Shown here piece by piece: positions 8,939-18,873 of a DNA stretch of 59,887 nucleotides (its first letter is position 1; every line of letters begins with the position of its first letter). The notes under the pieces are model-generated. The model made no database searches. It saw only the letters and a list, made by a program, of their open reading frames with translations, and was not told where the DNA came from. The stretch is from the NCBI GenBank assembly GCA_016869175.1, contig VGEV01000003.1:1-59887 (forward strand), in the 5' to 3' direction. This DNA comes from Alphaproteobacteria bacterium. GTDB taxonomy: Bacteria; Pseudomonadota; Alphaproteobacteria; GCA-2731375. Made by a program: the position numbers and the translations under genes.

Positions 8939-9988
8939 TCAGCCGACGCCGATATCCCCGGCATAAGCGAACAGGGCGGGCAGGCCGCCCGTGTGCACGA
9001 ACACCACGCGATCCGACGTCGTCAGACGGCCCTTGCGCACATGATCGATCAGCCCCGACATCGCCTTGCCGGTATAGACCGGATCCAGGATGACGCCCTC
9101 GGTCTCGGCCAACAGGCGGATCGCCTCGCGCGCCGCATCGGTCAGCACGCCGTATTTCTCGCCGACGTAGTTCGGCTCGTTGGCGATGTCGGCGGGCTTG
9201 ACGTCGAGCGGCAGCCGCAGGCGCTTGGCGGTGGCGTCGGCAATGCGGGCGATGGCGACGGCGCGATCCTCGTCCCAGCGGCTGGGGTTGACCACCACCA
9301 CCTTGGTCGGCCGGCCGAGCGCGGCTGCGGCCATGTGCAGGCCGGCCGGCGTCATCATCGTGCCGGCGACATAGAGATGGCTGGCGACCAGGTTGCGTTC
9401 GGCCAATTGGGCGTCCAGCTCGAGATAGCCGCTGACATAGCCGAGCGCCGAGAGCGACAGCACGTCGAGGTTGAACGGCGACAGGTAATACGGGCGCTTG
9501 CCGGCGGCCTTGAGCTTGGCCACCTTCGCCTCGAGATAGGGCGGCAAGTCCTGCATGTGGTCGACATTGACGATTTCGACGTCGGCGCCCATCAGCTTGT
9601 CGAGGAACAGGTTGCCCTGCAGCAAAGGGCCCTTGACGCCATGCACCAGCACCAGCGAGCAGTCGAGGCCCAGCTTGCGGCAGGCGGCGGTGATCTGGCG
9701 GCACCAGTTGGACTGGGTATAGGCGCCGCACACCACCGTGTCGGCGCCCTGCGCCAGGATCTCGGCGAACACGAATTCGAGCTGGCGGGTCTTGTTGCCG
9801 CCGAAGGCAAGCCCGGTCAAGTCGTCGCGCTTGATGAAGATTTCCGGCCCGCCCAGGCGCTTGCTCAGTCGCGGCAAGTGCTCCAGCGGGGTCGGCAGAT
9901 GCGCCAACGACACCCGGGGAAACTCGGCGATCTGCGCCGCCAGTTCGACCGGCGTCAGCGGCAGTCGGTTGGTGGTCGCGCGGTCCAT
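8939..9988 (-). CDS. D-cysteine desulfhydrase family PLP enzyme (ACC deaminase superfamily)
   Basis: PTPL, IKRDDLTG..FGGNKTRQLEF, LDPVYTGKAM and FVHTGG. Thr/Thr at the positions that are Glu/Leu in true ACC deaminases. Confidence 0.88.
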   Translation of the reverse strand: MDRATTNRLPLTPVELAAQIAEFPRVSLAHLPTPLEHLPRLSKRLGGPEIFIKRDDLTGLAFGGNKTRQLEFVFAEILAQGADTVVCGAYTQSNWCRQITAACRKLGLDCSLVLVHGVKGPLLQGNLFLDKLMGADVEIVNVDHMQDLPPYLEAKVAKLKAAGKRPYYLSPFNLDVLSLSALGYVSGYLELDAQLAERNLVASHLYVAGTMMTPAGLHMAAAALGRPTKVVVVNPSRWDEDRAVAIARIADATAKRLRLPLDVKPADIANEPNYVGEKYGVLTDAAREAIRLLAETEGVILDPVYTGKAMSGLIDHVRKGRLTTSDRVVFVHTGGLPALFAYAGDIGVG

Positions 9989-10052
9989 GCTTGCCTTCGG
10001 CTTGCCGGCCGCAGGCTAGCGCATTTGCCGTCGCCGGCGAAAGGCAGTCCTG

Positions 10053-13000
10053 CTATGCCGCCGCCTTGCGCGCCAGCACCTCCGACAACTTGGTCGCCAG
10101 TTCGGTCCGGCGATAGGGCTTGGCCAGCACCTCGGCGTCGGCGCCCAGGAAACCCGCCTGGGTGATGGCATTGCGCGGATAGCCGGAAGTGAACAGCACC
10201 TTGAGCTGGGGCCGCTGGCGGCGGGCCTCGACGGCCAGGTCGGCGCCGGTCATGCCGCCCGGCAGGATGACGTCGGTGAACAACAGCTCAATTCCCGGCG
10301 TCTCCTGCAAGAGTCGCAGCGCCGCGTTGGCGTCCGGCGCCACCACGACCTGATAGCCGAGCCCCCGCAGGAGCTCGGCCACATGGGTGCGCACGGCCGA
10401 GTCGTCCTCCACCGCCAGAATTACCTGTTGTGTCGCCTGCGGCTTCGTCGGTTCCTCGATGTCCGTCATTTCCTTCTCCTCGTCTACGCTCTGTGCCCGC
10501 GGCAGGTAAAGCCTCACCGCCATACCGACGCCCAGTTCGCTATGGATTCGGATTTGGCCGCCCGACTGCTGCACGAAGCCGTGCACCATGCTGAGCCCCA
10601 AGCCACTGCCCTGACCGACGTCCTTAGTGGTGAAGAACGGTTCGAAGACGCGGGCCAACACCTCGCTGGACATGCCCGTGTCGGTGTCGGTCACCGCCAA
10701 CAGGACGAATTGCCCGGCGATCGTTTCGGCCGCGCTGCCGTCCTCGCCGTCGACTTCGTCGACGTTGCTGGCTTCGATGGTCAGGCTGCCGCCCTGCGGC
10801 ATGGCGTCTCGCGCGTTGATCGCCAAGTTGAGAATGGCGGCCTCGGTCTGGGTCGGATCGATCGCGCATTGCCAGAGATCGGGCGCGGACTTGACCGCGA
10901 TGACATAAGTCGCGCCCAACGCGCGGCGCAGCAATTTGGCGGTCGTCTCCAGCAGGGCGGCCACGTCAATTCGTGCCGGCTCTAAGGCCTGCTGCTGGGA
11001 GAAGGCCAGGAGCTGCCGGGTCAGCGAGGCGCCGCGCTCCGCCGCTTCGATCACTCGGGCGACCAATTCGTGCTCGCGCGGGCGCTCGTGAATGGATTCT
11101 TCCAGCATGTCGAGGTTGCCAACCACGACGGCCAGCCGGTTGTTGAAGTCGTGCGCGATGCCCCCGGTCAATTGACCGACGGCTTCCATCTTCTGCGCTT
11201 GCCGCAGGCGCTGTTCCGTCTGGCGACGCTGCTGCGCCTCCAGCGCCAGCGACAAGATGTCGGCGACCGAACCGGCGAAGCTGATCTCATCCTCGCTCCA
11301 ATGCCGTGCTGGTCCCACATGCTCGCAGCACAGTACTCCGCGCACGCCCTCGCTGGTGCGCAAGGTGGCGTCCAGCATGGAGGCGATGCCGAGGGGCTTC
11401 AGGTAGCCGGCCGCGAACTCGGCGGTGCGCGGATCGTTCGGCGCGTCATGCGCGGCGATGGTGCGCAATTCGTCCAGTGCGTCGAAGTAAGCGGGGTAAT
11501 CCTTGGTGGCCAGGCGCATCGCGGTCTGTTGCGGGTCTTGGCCCTGAACGTACAGATGCTGCGACACGATGGCCTGGCGGTCTGCGGTGTAGAGCCAAAC
11601 GCCGACCCGGGTGACTTCCAAGACCTTCGCCACCTGCTCGCAAATCATGGGCAGTTGGGCGGCGATCTCGCCGGCCGATAGGGACTTGCTGCGCGCCAGC
11701 TTGGCCAATGCCTGGAACTGCCGGCGTTGCCGTTTGGCGTTGGCCCGCAAGGCCGCGTCGGCCCGGCGCAGGGCGGTCACGTCGGTGCGCAGGCCCAGCA
11801 GCCCGCCGTTGCTGGTGCGGCGATCCTCCATGCGCAGAATGCGGCCATCGTGCCATTCCACCTCGATCGTCTGGGCGCCGCCGGCACGTGCCGTACCGCG
11901 CATGGCCTCATAACGTGTGGGATCCGCCTCTGGCTTGGCGACCAGGCGGCGCTCGATGACAGCTTGGGTGATCTCCCGGTTCGGGGTGCCGGCGGCGAAC
12001 TTGTCCACCAAGTCGGGCAACATGTCGCGCAGCGCCTGGTTGCAGGTAACGAAGCGGTCCTCGGCGTCGTACAGCACGAAGCCGGCGCCCAGGTTCTCGA
12101 TGGCGTCGCGCAGCAGGGCCTCGCTTGCCTTTAACCGCTCGCGCATGGTGACCTCGGCGGTCACGTCGCTGGCGGAGCCGCGATAGCCCTGGAAGTTTCC
12201 CTGCTCGTCGAAGACCGGTTTGCCGGCGACCTGCATCCATTTGTCGACGTTGCCATGAGCGATGCAGCGATAGACGAAATCGCGGAATGGCCGACGTTTC
12301 TCCAGGTCCAGCAGGTGCTGGCCCCAAACGTCATGGTCGTAGTCCGCATCCAAAAGGTCGCGCCGGGTCTTGCCGTAATGCCATTGGGGGGCACGCCGAC
12401 GATGCGCTCGACATTGTCGGACATATAGATGAAGCGCAGGTCGCCGTCGGTTTCCCACAGCCAGTCGCCGGCCGTCTCAGCGAAGTCACGGAAGCGTAGT
12501 TCGCTTTGCCGCAGGGCCTCCTCAGCGCGCTTGTGCTCGGTGATGTCGACGTGGCTGACAACGAACTGGCCGTCGGCGGTGCGCTTGGAACTGCTGCGCA
12601 ACCAACGGCCGTTGCCGAGTTGGCTGACGCTGTCGGCCTCACCGGGATTGGCCAGGTGCTGCAGCTGCGCGCACTAGGCCTCAGCCGGCATGATCGCGCC
12701 GTGTGCCGTTTGCGGGCGCGCGCCCTGGCGCAGCAGCTCAGACAGCGTCAGTCCTTGGCGGACCGCATCGGCCGACAGTTCGAAGACCGCCAAGAGCCGC
12801 GTGTTCCACAGCACCAGCCGGTCGTCCGCGTCGAATAGCGCGAAGGCCTCGGTGGTGGCGGACAGCAGGTCCCAGGCGGTTTGCCGTTCCCGCAATTGCC
12901 GTTCCAGTCCGAGACGGCGTTCCTTGGCCCTCTCGTAGTCCTCAAAGCCCCGGTGGATGGCGGTGGCGGCCGCGTGCATGGCAAGGGCGAATACCACCAC

Positions 13001-13504
13001 CATCAGCGCGGTCAGGCCATGCGCCAAGTCAGGTTGCGTGCCAAAATGCACGATCCAGGGAACCAGCACGGTAGCGGAATAGACCCTGGCGACCGCGGGC
13101 AGGGCGGAAAGCGTGGCCGTGGCGCCGGCCACCATGCCGTAGGCGACCACCAGCAGCACGTGTTCATATTGGCGCGGCAGGTGGTCGACGAACAGGGCAA
13201 GGATGCCCCAAAGGCTGCCGGCGGCCAGGGCGAACAGCATGGCGCGGCGATGGCCCCGCGGCGAGATCGGCCGCGCGCGGGTCTGGCCGCGGCGGCGGAA
13301 CCACAGCAGCAGCGGCACCCCGACCGAGAGCCAACTTGCTAACAGCCAGATGGCCACGAGCGCGACCGGGAGATGTGGCCACAACAGCACTGCCGTCAGG
13401 GTGGACATGCAGAGCGTCACGCCCGCATTGATCGGCGTCTGCCGCGCGAAGGTCGCGCGGGCGCCGCCGCCAACCGTGGTCGACGCCTGGCTCACGGCTG
13501 GCAT
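10053..13504 (-). pseudogene. Disrupted membrane-bound hybrid sensor kinase (TM region-PAS-PAS-PAS-GAF-HisKA-HATPase-REC)
   Basis: Three ORF pieces join into one protein: in-frame TAG at 12674-12676, then a frameshift at the C6 run (G run 12386-12391 on +). Downstream motifs: GGIAHDFNN H-box, NLAINARDAM, FEPFFTTK, GLGLSMV and receiver LFTDVILPG. Confidence 0.85.
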
Positions 13505-13606
13505 GGCGAAGCCAGCCGCGGGCGCGCCGGGAGGGCGTGGAAGGATCTACCGAGCATGACGGTCCTTGGCTGCCCCCATAACAGAACAGGCGGGGTTGCC
13601 AAGCAG

Positions 13607-15259
13607 TTAACAAGGCATAGGCGACGGCGAGCGGGCGCGGCGGTCCTGGCGGATCAGGTCGGCGGCTTTTTCCGCGATCATGATGGTCGGCGCATTGGTG
13701 TTGCCGGAGGTGATCGTGGGCATGACCGAGGCATCCACCACGCGCAGGCCGGTCAAGCCATGCACGCGCAGGCGGTCATCGACCACGGCCAGGCCATCGT
13801 TGCCCATCCTGCAGGTGCCGACCGCGTGAAAGATGGTCGTGCCGATCTCAGCCGCCGCGCGGACCAGTTCCTCCTCGCTCTGGAACTGCCGGCCGGGCTT
13901 GAACTCCTCGGGCGCGAAACGGGCCAGCGCCGGGGCGGCGGCGATGCGCCGGGTCAGCCGGATCGCCTCGGCCGCCACCCGCCGGTCTTCCGCCGTCGCC
14001 AGGTAATTCGGCCGGATCGTCGGCTGTGTGGTGGGGTCAGCGCTCTGGATATGCACCTGGCCGCGGCTTTCGGGACGGAGGTTGCAGACCGAGGCCGTAA
14101 ACGCCGGAAACGAGTGCAGCGGCTCACCGAAACGATCCAGGCTCAGTGGCTGCACGTGATATTCGAGGTTCGGCGTTTCCAGATTGGCATCGCTTCTGGC
14201 GAAGCAGCCGAGCTGGCTCGGCGACATGGTCATCGGACCGCGCTTGAACAGGAAATATTCCAGCGCCATGCCGGCCTTGCCGAGCAGGCTGTTGGCCCGT
14301 TCGTTGAGCGTGCGGGTATGGCTGACCTTGTAGGCCAGGCGCAGCTGCAGGTGATCCTGCAGGTTCTCCCCCACCCCGGGCAGGGCATGCGCCAGGGCAA
14401 TGCCGTGTGCCGCCAGCAGCGCGGGCGCGCCGATGCCCGATAGCTCCAGCAGCTGCGGCGAGCCGATGGCGCCGGCCGACAGCAGCAGTTCGCCGCGCAC
14501 GGCGGCCTTGCGGGGCTGTCCGTGCTGCAGGAAGTCCAGGCCGATGACGCGCCGGCCTTCGAGCAGCAGGCGGGTCGCCTGCGCATGCGTCACGATCCGC
14601 AGGTTCGCTCGGCTGGCCACGGGACGCAGAAAGGCGCTGGCCGCGTTCCAGCGCACGCCGCGTTTCTGGTTCACCTGGAAATAACCGCAGCCCTCGTTGT
14701 TGCCGCGGTTGAAGTCGTCGGTCTTAGGAATGCCGATCTCCGCCGCCGCAACGCGGAAGGCGTCCAAGATCTCCCAGGTCAGGCGCATCTCCTCCACGCG
14801 CCATTCGCCGCCGCTGCCATGCGCCTCGTCGGCGCCGCCGGCGAAATCCTCCGAACGCTTGAAATAGGGCAGCACGTCGTCCCACGACCAGCCGACGTTG
14901 CCCAGCTGCCGCCATTGATCGTAGTCGCGCGCCTGGCCGCGCATATAGATCATGCCGTTGATCGAGGAGCAGCCGCCCAGCACGCGCCCGCGCGGGTAGT
15001 TGAGGGCGCGGCCGTTGAGTGCCGCTTCCGGCTGGGTCTTGAAACACCAGTCGGTGCGCGGGTTGTTCATCGTGAACAGATAGCCGACCGGGATGTGGAT
15101 CCAGAAGTAATCGTCCTTGCCGCCGGCCTCGAGCAGCAGAACGGACACGTCCGGGTCGGCCGACAGCCGGTTGGCCAGCACGCAGCCGGCGGGACCGGCG
15201 CCCACCACCACGTAGTCGAACGCGCCGATCGATTCCCCGGCGCTGTCCGCCGCTGTCAT
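13607..15259 (-). CDS. GMC oxidoreductase (choline dehydrogenase-like)
   Basis: [12 protein letters not shown] motif, [38 protein letters not shown] and GNTNAP. Confidence 0.93.
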   Translation of the reverse strand: MTAADSAGESIGAFDYVVVGAGPAGCVLANRLSADPDVSVLLLEAGGKDDYFWIHIPVGYLFTMNNPRTDWCFKTQPEAALNGRALNYPRGRVLGGCSSINGMIYMRGQARDYDQWRQLGNVGWSWDDVLPYFKRSEDFAGGADEAHGSGGEWRVEEMRLTWEILDAFRVAAAEIGIPKTDDFNRGNNEGCGYFQVNQKRGVRWNAASAFLRPVASRANLRIVTHAQATRLLLEGRRVIGLDFLQHGQPRKAAVRGELLLSAGAIGSPQLLELSGIGAPALLAAHGIALAHALPGVGENLQDHLQLRLAYKVSHTRTLNERANSLLGKAGMALEYFLFKRGPMTMSPSQLGCFARSDANLETPNLEYHVQPLSLDRFGEPLHSFPAFTASVCNLRPESRGQVHIQSADPTTQPTIRPNYLATAEDRRVAAEAIRLTRRIAAAPALARFAPEEFKPGRQFQSEEELVRAAAEIGTTIFHAVGTCRMGNDGLAVVDDRLRVHGLTGLRVVDASVMPTITSGNTNAPTIMIAEKAADLIRQDRRARSPSPMPC

Positions 15260-15332
15260 GCCGTGCTCCCTGGCCCGCCCCGCGGGCCGGGGATTATCGG
15301 CGGCCAGGCCGCCCCAGGGCAATCCGCCCGCG

Positions 15333-15614
15333 CTACTTCGCCGTCAGATAGCCGTCGATGGTGGCGGCGTCCGCTGCGCGGATGGTCATGCCGTTGGGAC
15401 CGGCGCCAACGCGCGTGACCAGGGTCTTCAGGTCGCCGTTCCTGCCGAACTCGTCCCATTCCTTGGAGCCGGCCTTGAACACCCAGAGCCGATTGTCCAC
15501 CACCTTGGTGGCATAGCCCGGCTTGTCGAAACCGGCCGACTGTCGCATTTGGGCACAGCCCGCGGCCAGCGCCAGGGCCGCCACTGCCACCATCGCCAAC
15601 ATGCTTCCGCGCAT
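15333..15614 (-). CDS. Small lipoprotein of unknown function
   Basis: Hydrophobic signal with lipobox LAAGC; compact mature domain KPGYATKVVDNRLWVF...GAGPNGMTI; GC3-rich codon usage. Confidence 0.8.
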   Translation of the reverse strand: MRGSMLAMVAVAALALAAGCAQMRQSAGFDKPGYATKVVDNRLWVFKAGSKEWDEFGRNGDLKTLVTRVGAGPNGMTIRAADAATIDGYLTAK

Positions 15615-15704
15615 CCCCGCCCCCAAGCTTGCGTCGCGGCCGGACGCTAGCGGGCAGACACGACGATCGTGTTGTCGTTCGATTTCAGTTTGGTGACGGG
15701 ATCG

Positions 15705-17201
15705 TCAACGCCGGCCGCGCAGGATCGAGCCCAGCACACCGCGCACGATCTCCTGGCCGATCCGGCTGCCGACGGCCCGGACGACACTCTTGGCCAGGGC
15801 CTCGCCGATGCCCTCGCGGTTGCCACGGGGCGGCGGGCGCTGCCGTTCCATGGGCGCGTCCTCGCGCGGCAGCGCGCGTTCGCGCCGCGGCGCCACTTGC
15901 GGTGGCCGGCTGGCGGGCGTCGGCGCGGCGCGGTTCTGCAACATCTCGTAGGCCGAGACGCGGTCGAACACCCGGTCGTATTTGCCGCCATGCGGGCTGG
16001 CGGCGATCACCCGCCGGCGCTCGTCGGGCGCGAGCGGACCCAGCCGGCCGGCGGGCGGCGCGATCAGCGTGCGGGCGACGATGCCGGGCGCGCCGTCCGG
16101 CCCCAGGGTGGAGACCAGCGCCTCGCCAACCCGCAGCTGGCCGATGGTTTCGGCGGTGTCGAAGGCCGGATTGGGCCGGAACGACTCGGCCGCCGCCGCG
16201 ATCGCCTTGCGTTCCTTCGGCGTATAGCCCCGCAACGCATGCTGGATGCGATTGCCGAGCTGGCCCAGCACGACGTCGGGCAGATCGGCCGGGTTCTGGG
16301 TGACAAAATAGATGCCGACCTCCTTGGAGCGGATCAGCCGCACCACCTGCGCCACCTTGTCGAGCAGCGCTCTGGGCGCATCGTCGAACAACAGATGGGC
16401 CTCGTCGAAAAAGAACACCAGGCGTGGCTTCTCGGCGTCTCCCACCTCGGGCAGGTTCTCGAACAGTTCGGACAGCAGCCAGAGCAGGAAACTGGCGTAA
16501 AGCCGAGGCCGCAGCACCAATTGGTCGGCCGCCAGGATGTTGATGTAGCCGTGGCCCGAGGTGTCGGTGCGCAGGAAGTCGGCGAGTTCCAGCGCCGGTT
16601 CGCCGAAGAAACGCTCGGCGCCCTGCTGCTCCAACAGCAACAGCGAGCGCTGAATCGCGCCGACCGACGCCGAGGACACCTAGCCCAGGCTGCGCGAAAG
16701 CTCGCCCGCGCGTTCCCCCACCAGTTGCAGCAGGGCGCGCAGGTCCTTGAGGTCCAGCAGCAGTAGGCCTTCGTCGTCGGCCAGACGGAAGGCGATGTTG
16801 AGCACGCCCTCCTGCACGTCGTTCAGTTCCAGCAGCCGAGCCAGCAGGAGCGGACCCAGGTCGGAGACGGTGGCGCGGACGGGATGGCCTTGCTCGCCGA
16901 ACAGATCCCAGAGGATGGCGGGAAATGCCCGGCCGGCATAGCCGGCGAGGTCCAGCTCGGCCGCGCGCCGGGCCAGGAACGGCTTGTCGCCGCCAGCCGC
17001 CGCCACGCCGCAGAGGTCGCCCTTGATATCGACCGCGAACACCGGCACGCCAGCTGCCGACAGCCCCTCGGCCAGCACCTGCAGCGAGACGGTCTTGCCG
17101 GTTCCGGTGGCGCCCGCGATCAGGCCGTGCCGGTTGGCCAAACGCAGCATCAGATGCTGGGCCGCCTCGCTGGCGCCGCCGATGAGAACGCGGTCCGCCA
17201 T
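15705..17201 (-). pseudogene. DUF853/YjgR (HerA-like) P-loop ATPase interrupted by an in-frame TAG
   Basis: NRHGLIAGATGTGKT Walker A lies in 16680..17201; FFFDEAH Walker B and TQNP lie in 15705..16679. Both pieces share one frame and are separated only by TAG at 16680-16682. Confidence 0.87.
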
Positions 17202-17212
17202 CGCCGCCGGCG

Positions 17213-18094
17213 CTACTCGGCGGCGTCGCGCCGTGCGCCGCCGTCGCGATAGCGCTCACGCAGCGGCTCCCAGTCCTCCGAGCCGAAACGGCGGAACATC
17301 TCGCGGATCGGAATGTCGGCGAGCGGCGCTGGATGCTTGTTGGTCCGCTTCAACTCGGACAGCGCCGCATCGCAGGCGCCGATGATGCTCATCATCAGGA
17401 GCGCCGGGACGATGGCGATCTTGTAGCCATCCGCGGCGGCCTTGTTGAGGTCGATGTCGGGCGTCTTGCCGCCGCGCACCACGTTCAACAGGCACGGTCC
17501 CTTGACCAGTTTGGGCACTGCCGCCACTTCCTCGGGCGTCTGCGGCGCTTCCAGGAAGGCGACATCCGCGCCGGCGGCCAGCGCCGCGTTGGAGCGCCGG
17601 ACCGCTTCCTCGAAGCCGGCGCCGGCGCGCGAATCCGTGCGGGCGATGACCAGCGGTCCATGCTTGCCGCGCGCGTCGGCCGCGGCGCGGATCTTGGCGA
17701 CGAAATCCTCCAGCGGCACGAGTTCCTTGTTTTCCAGGTGGCCGCATTTCTTGGGAAAGGTCTGGTCCTCGATATGCAGGGCCGCGGCGCCGGCCTGCGC
17801 GTAGGCCTTGACCGTGCGGTAGGCGTTGAGTTCGTTGCCATAGCCGGTGTCGGCGTCGGCGATCACGGGCGCATCCACCACGGCCGCGATGCGCGCCACG
17901 TTCTCCACCATCTCCGTCATGGTGACGAGGCCATAGTCGGGATAGCCGCAAGTGGCCGCCGTGCCGGCGCCGGTCATGTAGACAGCGGGGAAGCCGGCCT
18001 GCCGCACCAGCCGCGCCGTGATGCATTCGAAGGCGCCGGGCGCCACCACCATGCCCTTGGCCATCAGGCCGCGTAGTTCGTCGGCGCGCGTCAT
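17213..18094 (-). CDS. Isocitrate lyase/PEP mutase family lyase (methylisocitrate/dimethylmalate lyase-like)
   Basis: IADADTGYG, HIEDQTFPKKCGH, IARTD and GGKTP motifs. Confidence 0.92.
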   Translation of the reverse strand: MTRADELRGLMAKGMVVAPGAFECITARLVRQAGFPAVYMTGAGTAATCGYPDYGLVTMTEMVENVARIAAVVDAPVIADADTGYGNELNAYRTVKAYAQAGAAALHIEDQTFPKKCGHLENKELVPLEDFVAKIRAAADARGKHGPLVIARTDSRAGAGFEEAVRRSNAALAAGADVAFLEAPQTPEEVAAVPKLVKGPCLLNVVRGGKTPDIDLNKAAADGYKIAIVPALLMMSIIGACDAALSELKRTNKHPAPLADIPIREMFRRFGSEDWEPLRERYRDGGARRDAAE

Positions 18095-18195
18095 CAGCTT
18101 CCTCCCGGCATTCCCCGCCGGCTGACAAGGCGGGCGGGGCAGTGTATGTCGCGGCTTCCGGCGCGCACAAGCCGGGTTCTTGGAGAGCGCCAGGA

Positions 18196-18873
18196 ATGCA
18201 TGCCGAAGTAAGGCTGAAGGCGGCCTTCGTGCCGGTGACGCCATTTCAGCAGAATTGCTCGATCCTATGGTGCGAGGCGAGCGGCCGGGGCGCCCTGGTC
18301 GATCCCGGCGGCGAGATCGACCGCGTGCTGGCGGCGGCGGAAAAGCGTGCGGTCAGGATTGAGAAGATCCTGGTGACGCACGGCCATCTCGATCACGCCG
18401 GCGCGGTGGCGGCGGCGGCCGAGCGGCTCGGGGTGCCGATCGAAGGGCCGCACCGGGACGATGCCTTCTGGATCGAGGCCCTGGCCGAGCAGGGCAGGCG
18501 CTGGGGCCTTGCCGAATGCCGGCCCTTCACGCCCGACCGCTGGTTGCAGGACGGCGACAGGGTGATGGTTGGCGAAGCGGAGCTGCGCGTCATCCACTGC
18601 CCCGGCCACACGCCCGGGCACGTGGTGTTCGTCCATGCGCCCTCGCGGCTGGCGGTGGTGGGCGACTGCCTGTTTCGCGGCTCGATCGGTCGCACCGACC
18701 TACCGCGTGGCGATCACCGGCAATTGCTGCGCTCGATCCGCGACAAGCTCTGGCCGCTGGGCGAGGACGTTCAGTTCGTGCCCGGCCACGGCCAGATGTC
18801 GAGCTTCGGCTGGGAGCGCAAGACCAACCCCTTCGTCTCCGATATGGCGCTGGCGCAGGAACTGGACGGCTAG
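18196..18873 (+). CDS. MBL-fold metallo-hydrolase (YcbL/GloC glyoxalase II-like)
   Basis: PVTPFQQNC, THGHLDH, CPGHTPGH, GDCLF.GSIGRTD and PGHG motifs. Confidence 0.92.
   Translation: MHAEVRLKAAFVPVTPFQQNCSILWCEASGRGALVDPGGEIDRVLAAAEKRAVRIEKILVTHGHLDHAGAVAAAAERLGVPIEGPHRDDAFWIEALAEQGRRWGLAECRPFTPDRWLQDGDRVMVGEAELRVIHCPGHTPGHVVFVHAPSRLAVVGDCLFRGSIGRTDLPRGDHRQLLRSIRDKLWPLGEDVQFVPGHGQMSSFGWERKTNPFVSDMALAQELDG

Noticed and set aside
8939-9988. ACC deaminase (acdS) call
   Set aside because: It has DPVYTGK and HTGG rather than the DPVYEGK and HLGG residues diagnostic of true ACC deaminases.
12674-16682. Two in-frame TAG codons suggesting amber recoding (pyrrolysine or an alternative genetic code)
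   Set aside because: TAG is the normal stop of many intact genes here (amtB, glnK, nnrU-like, GST, gltB). The two sites imply different residues (probably Trp and Gln), each one transition away. The kinase also carries a frameshift.
15705-17201. HerA-type anti-phage defence system
   Set aside because: The sequence matches the widespread DUF853/YjgR family, there is no adjacent nuclease or SIR2 partner, and the gene is interrupted.
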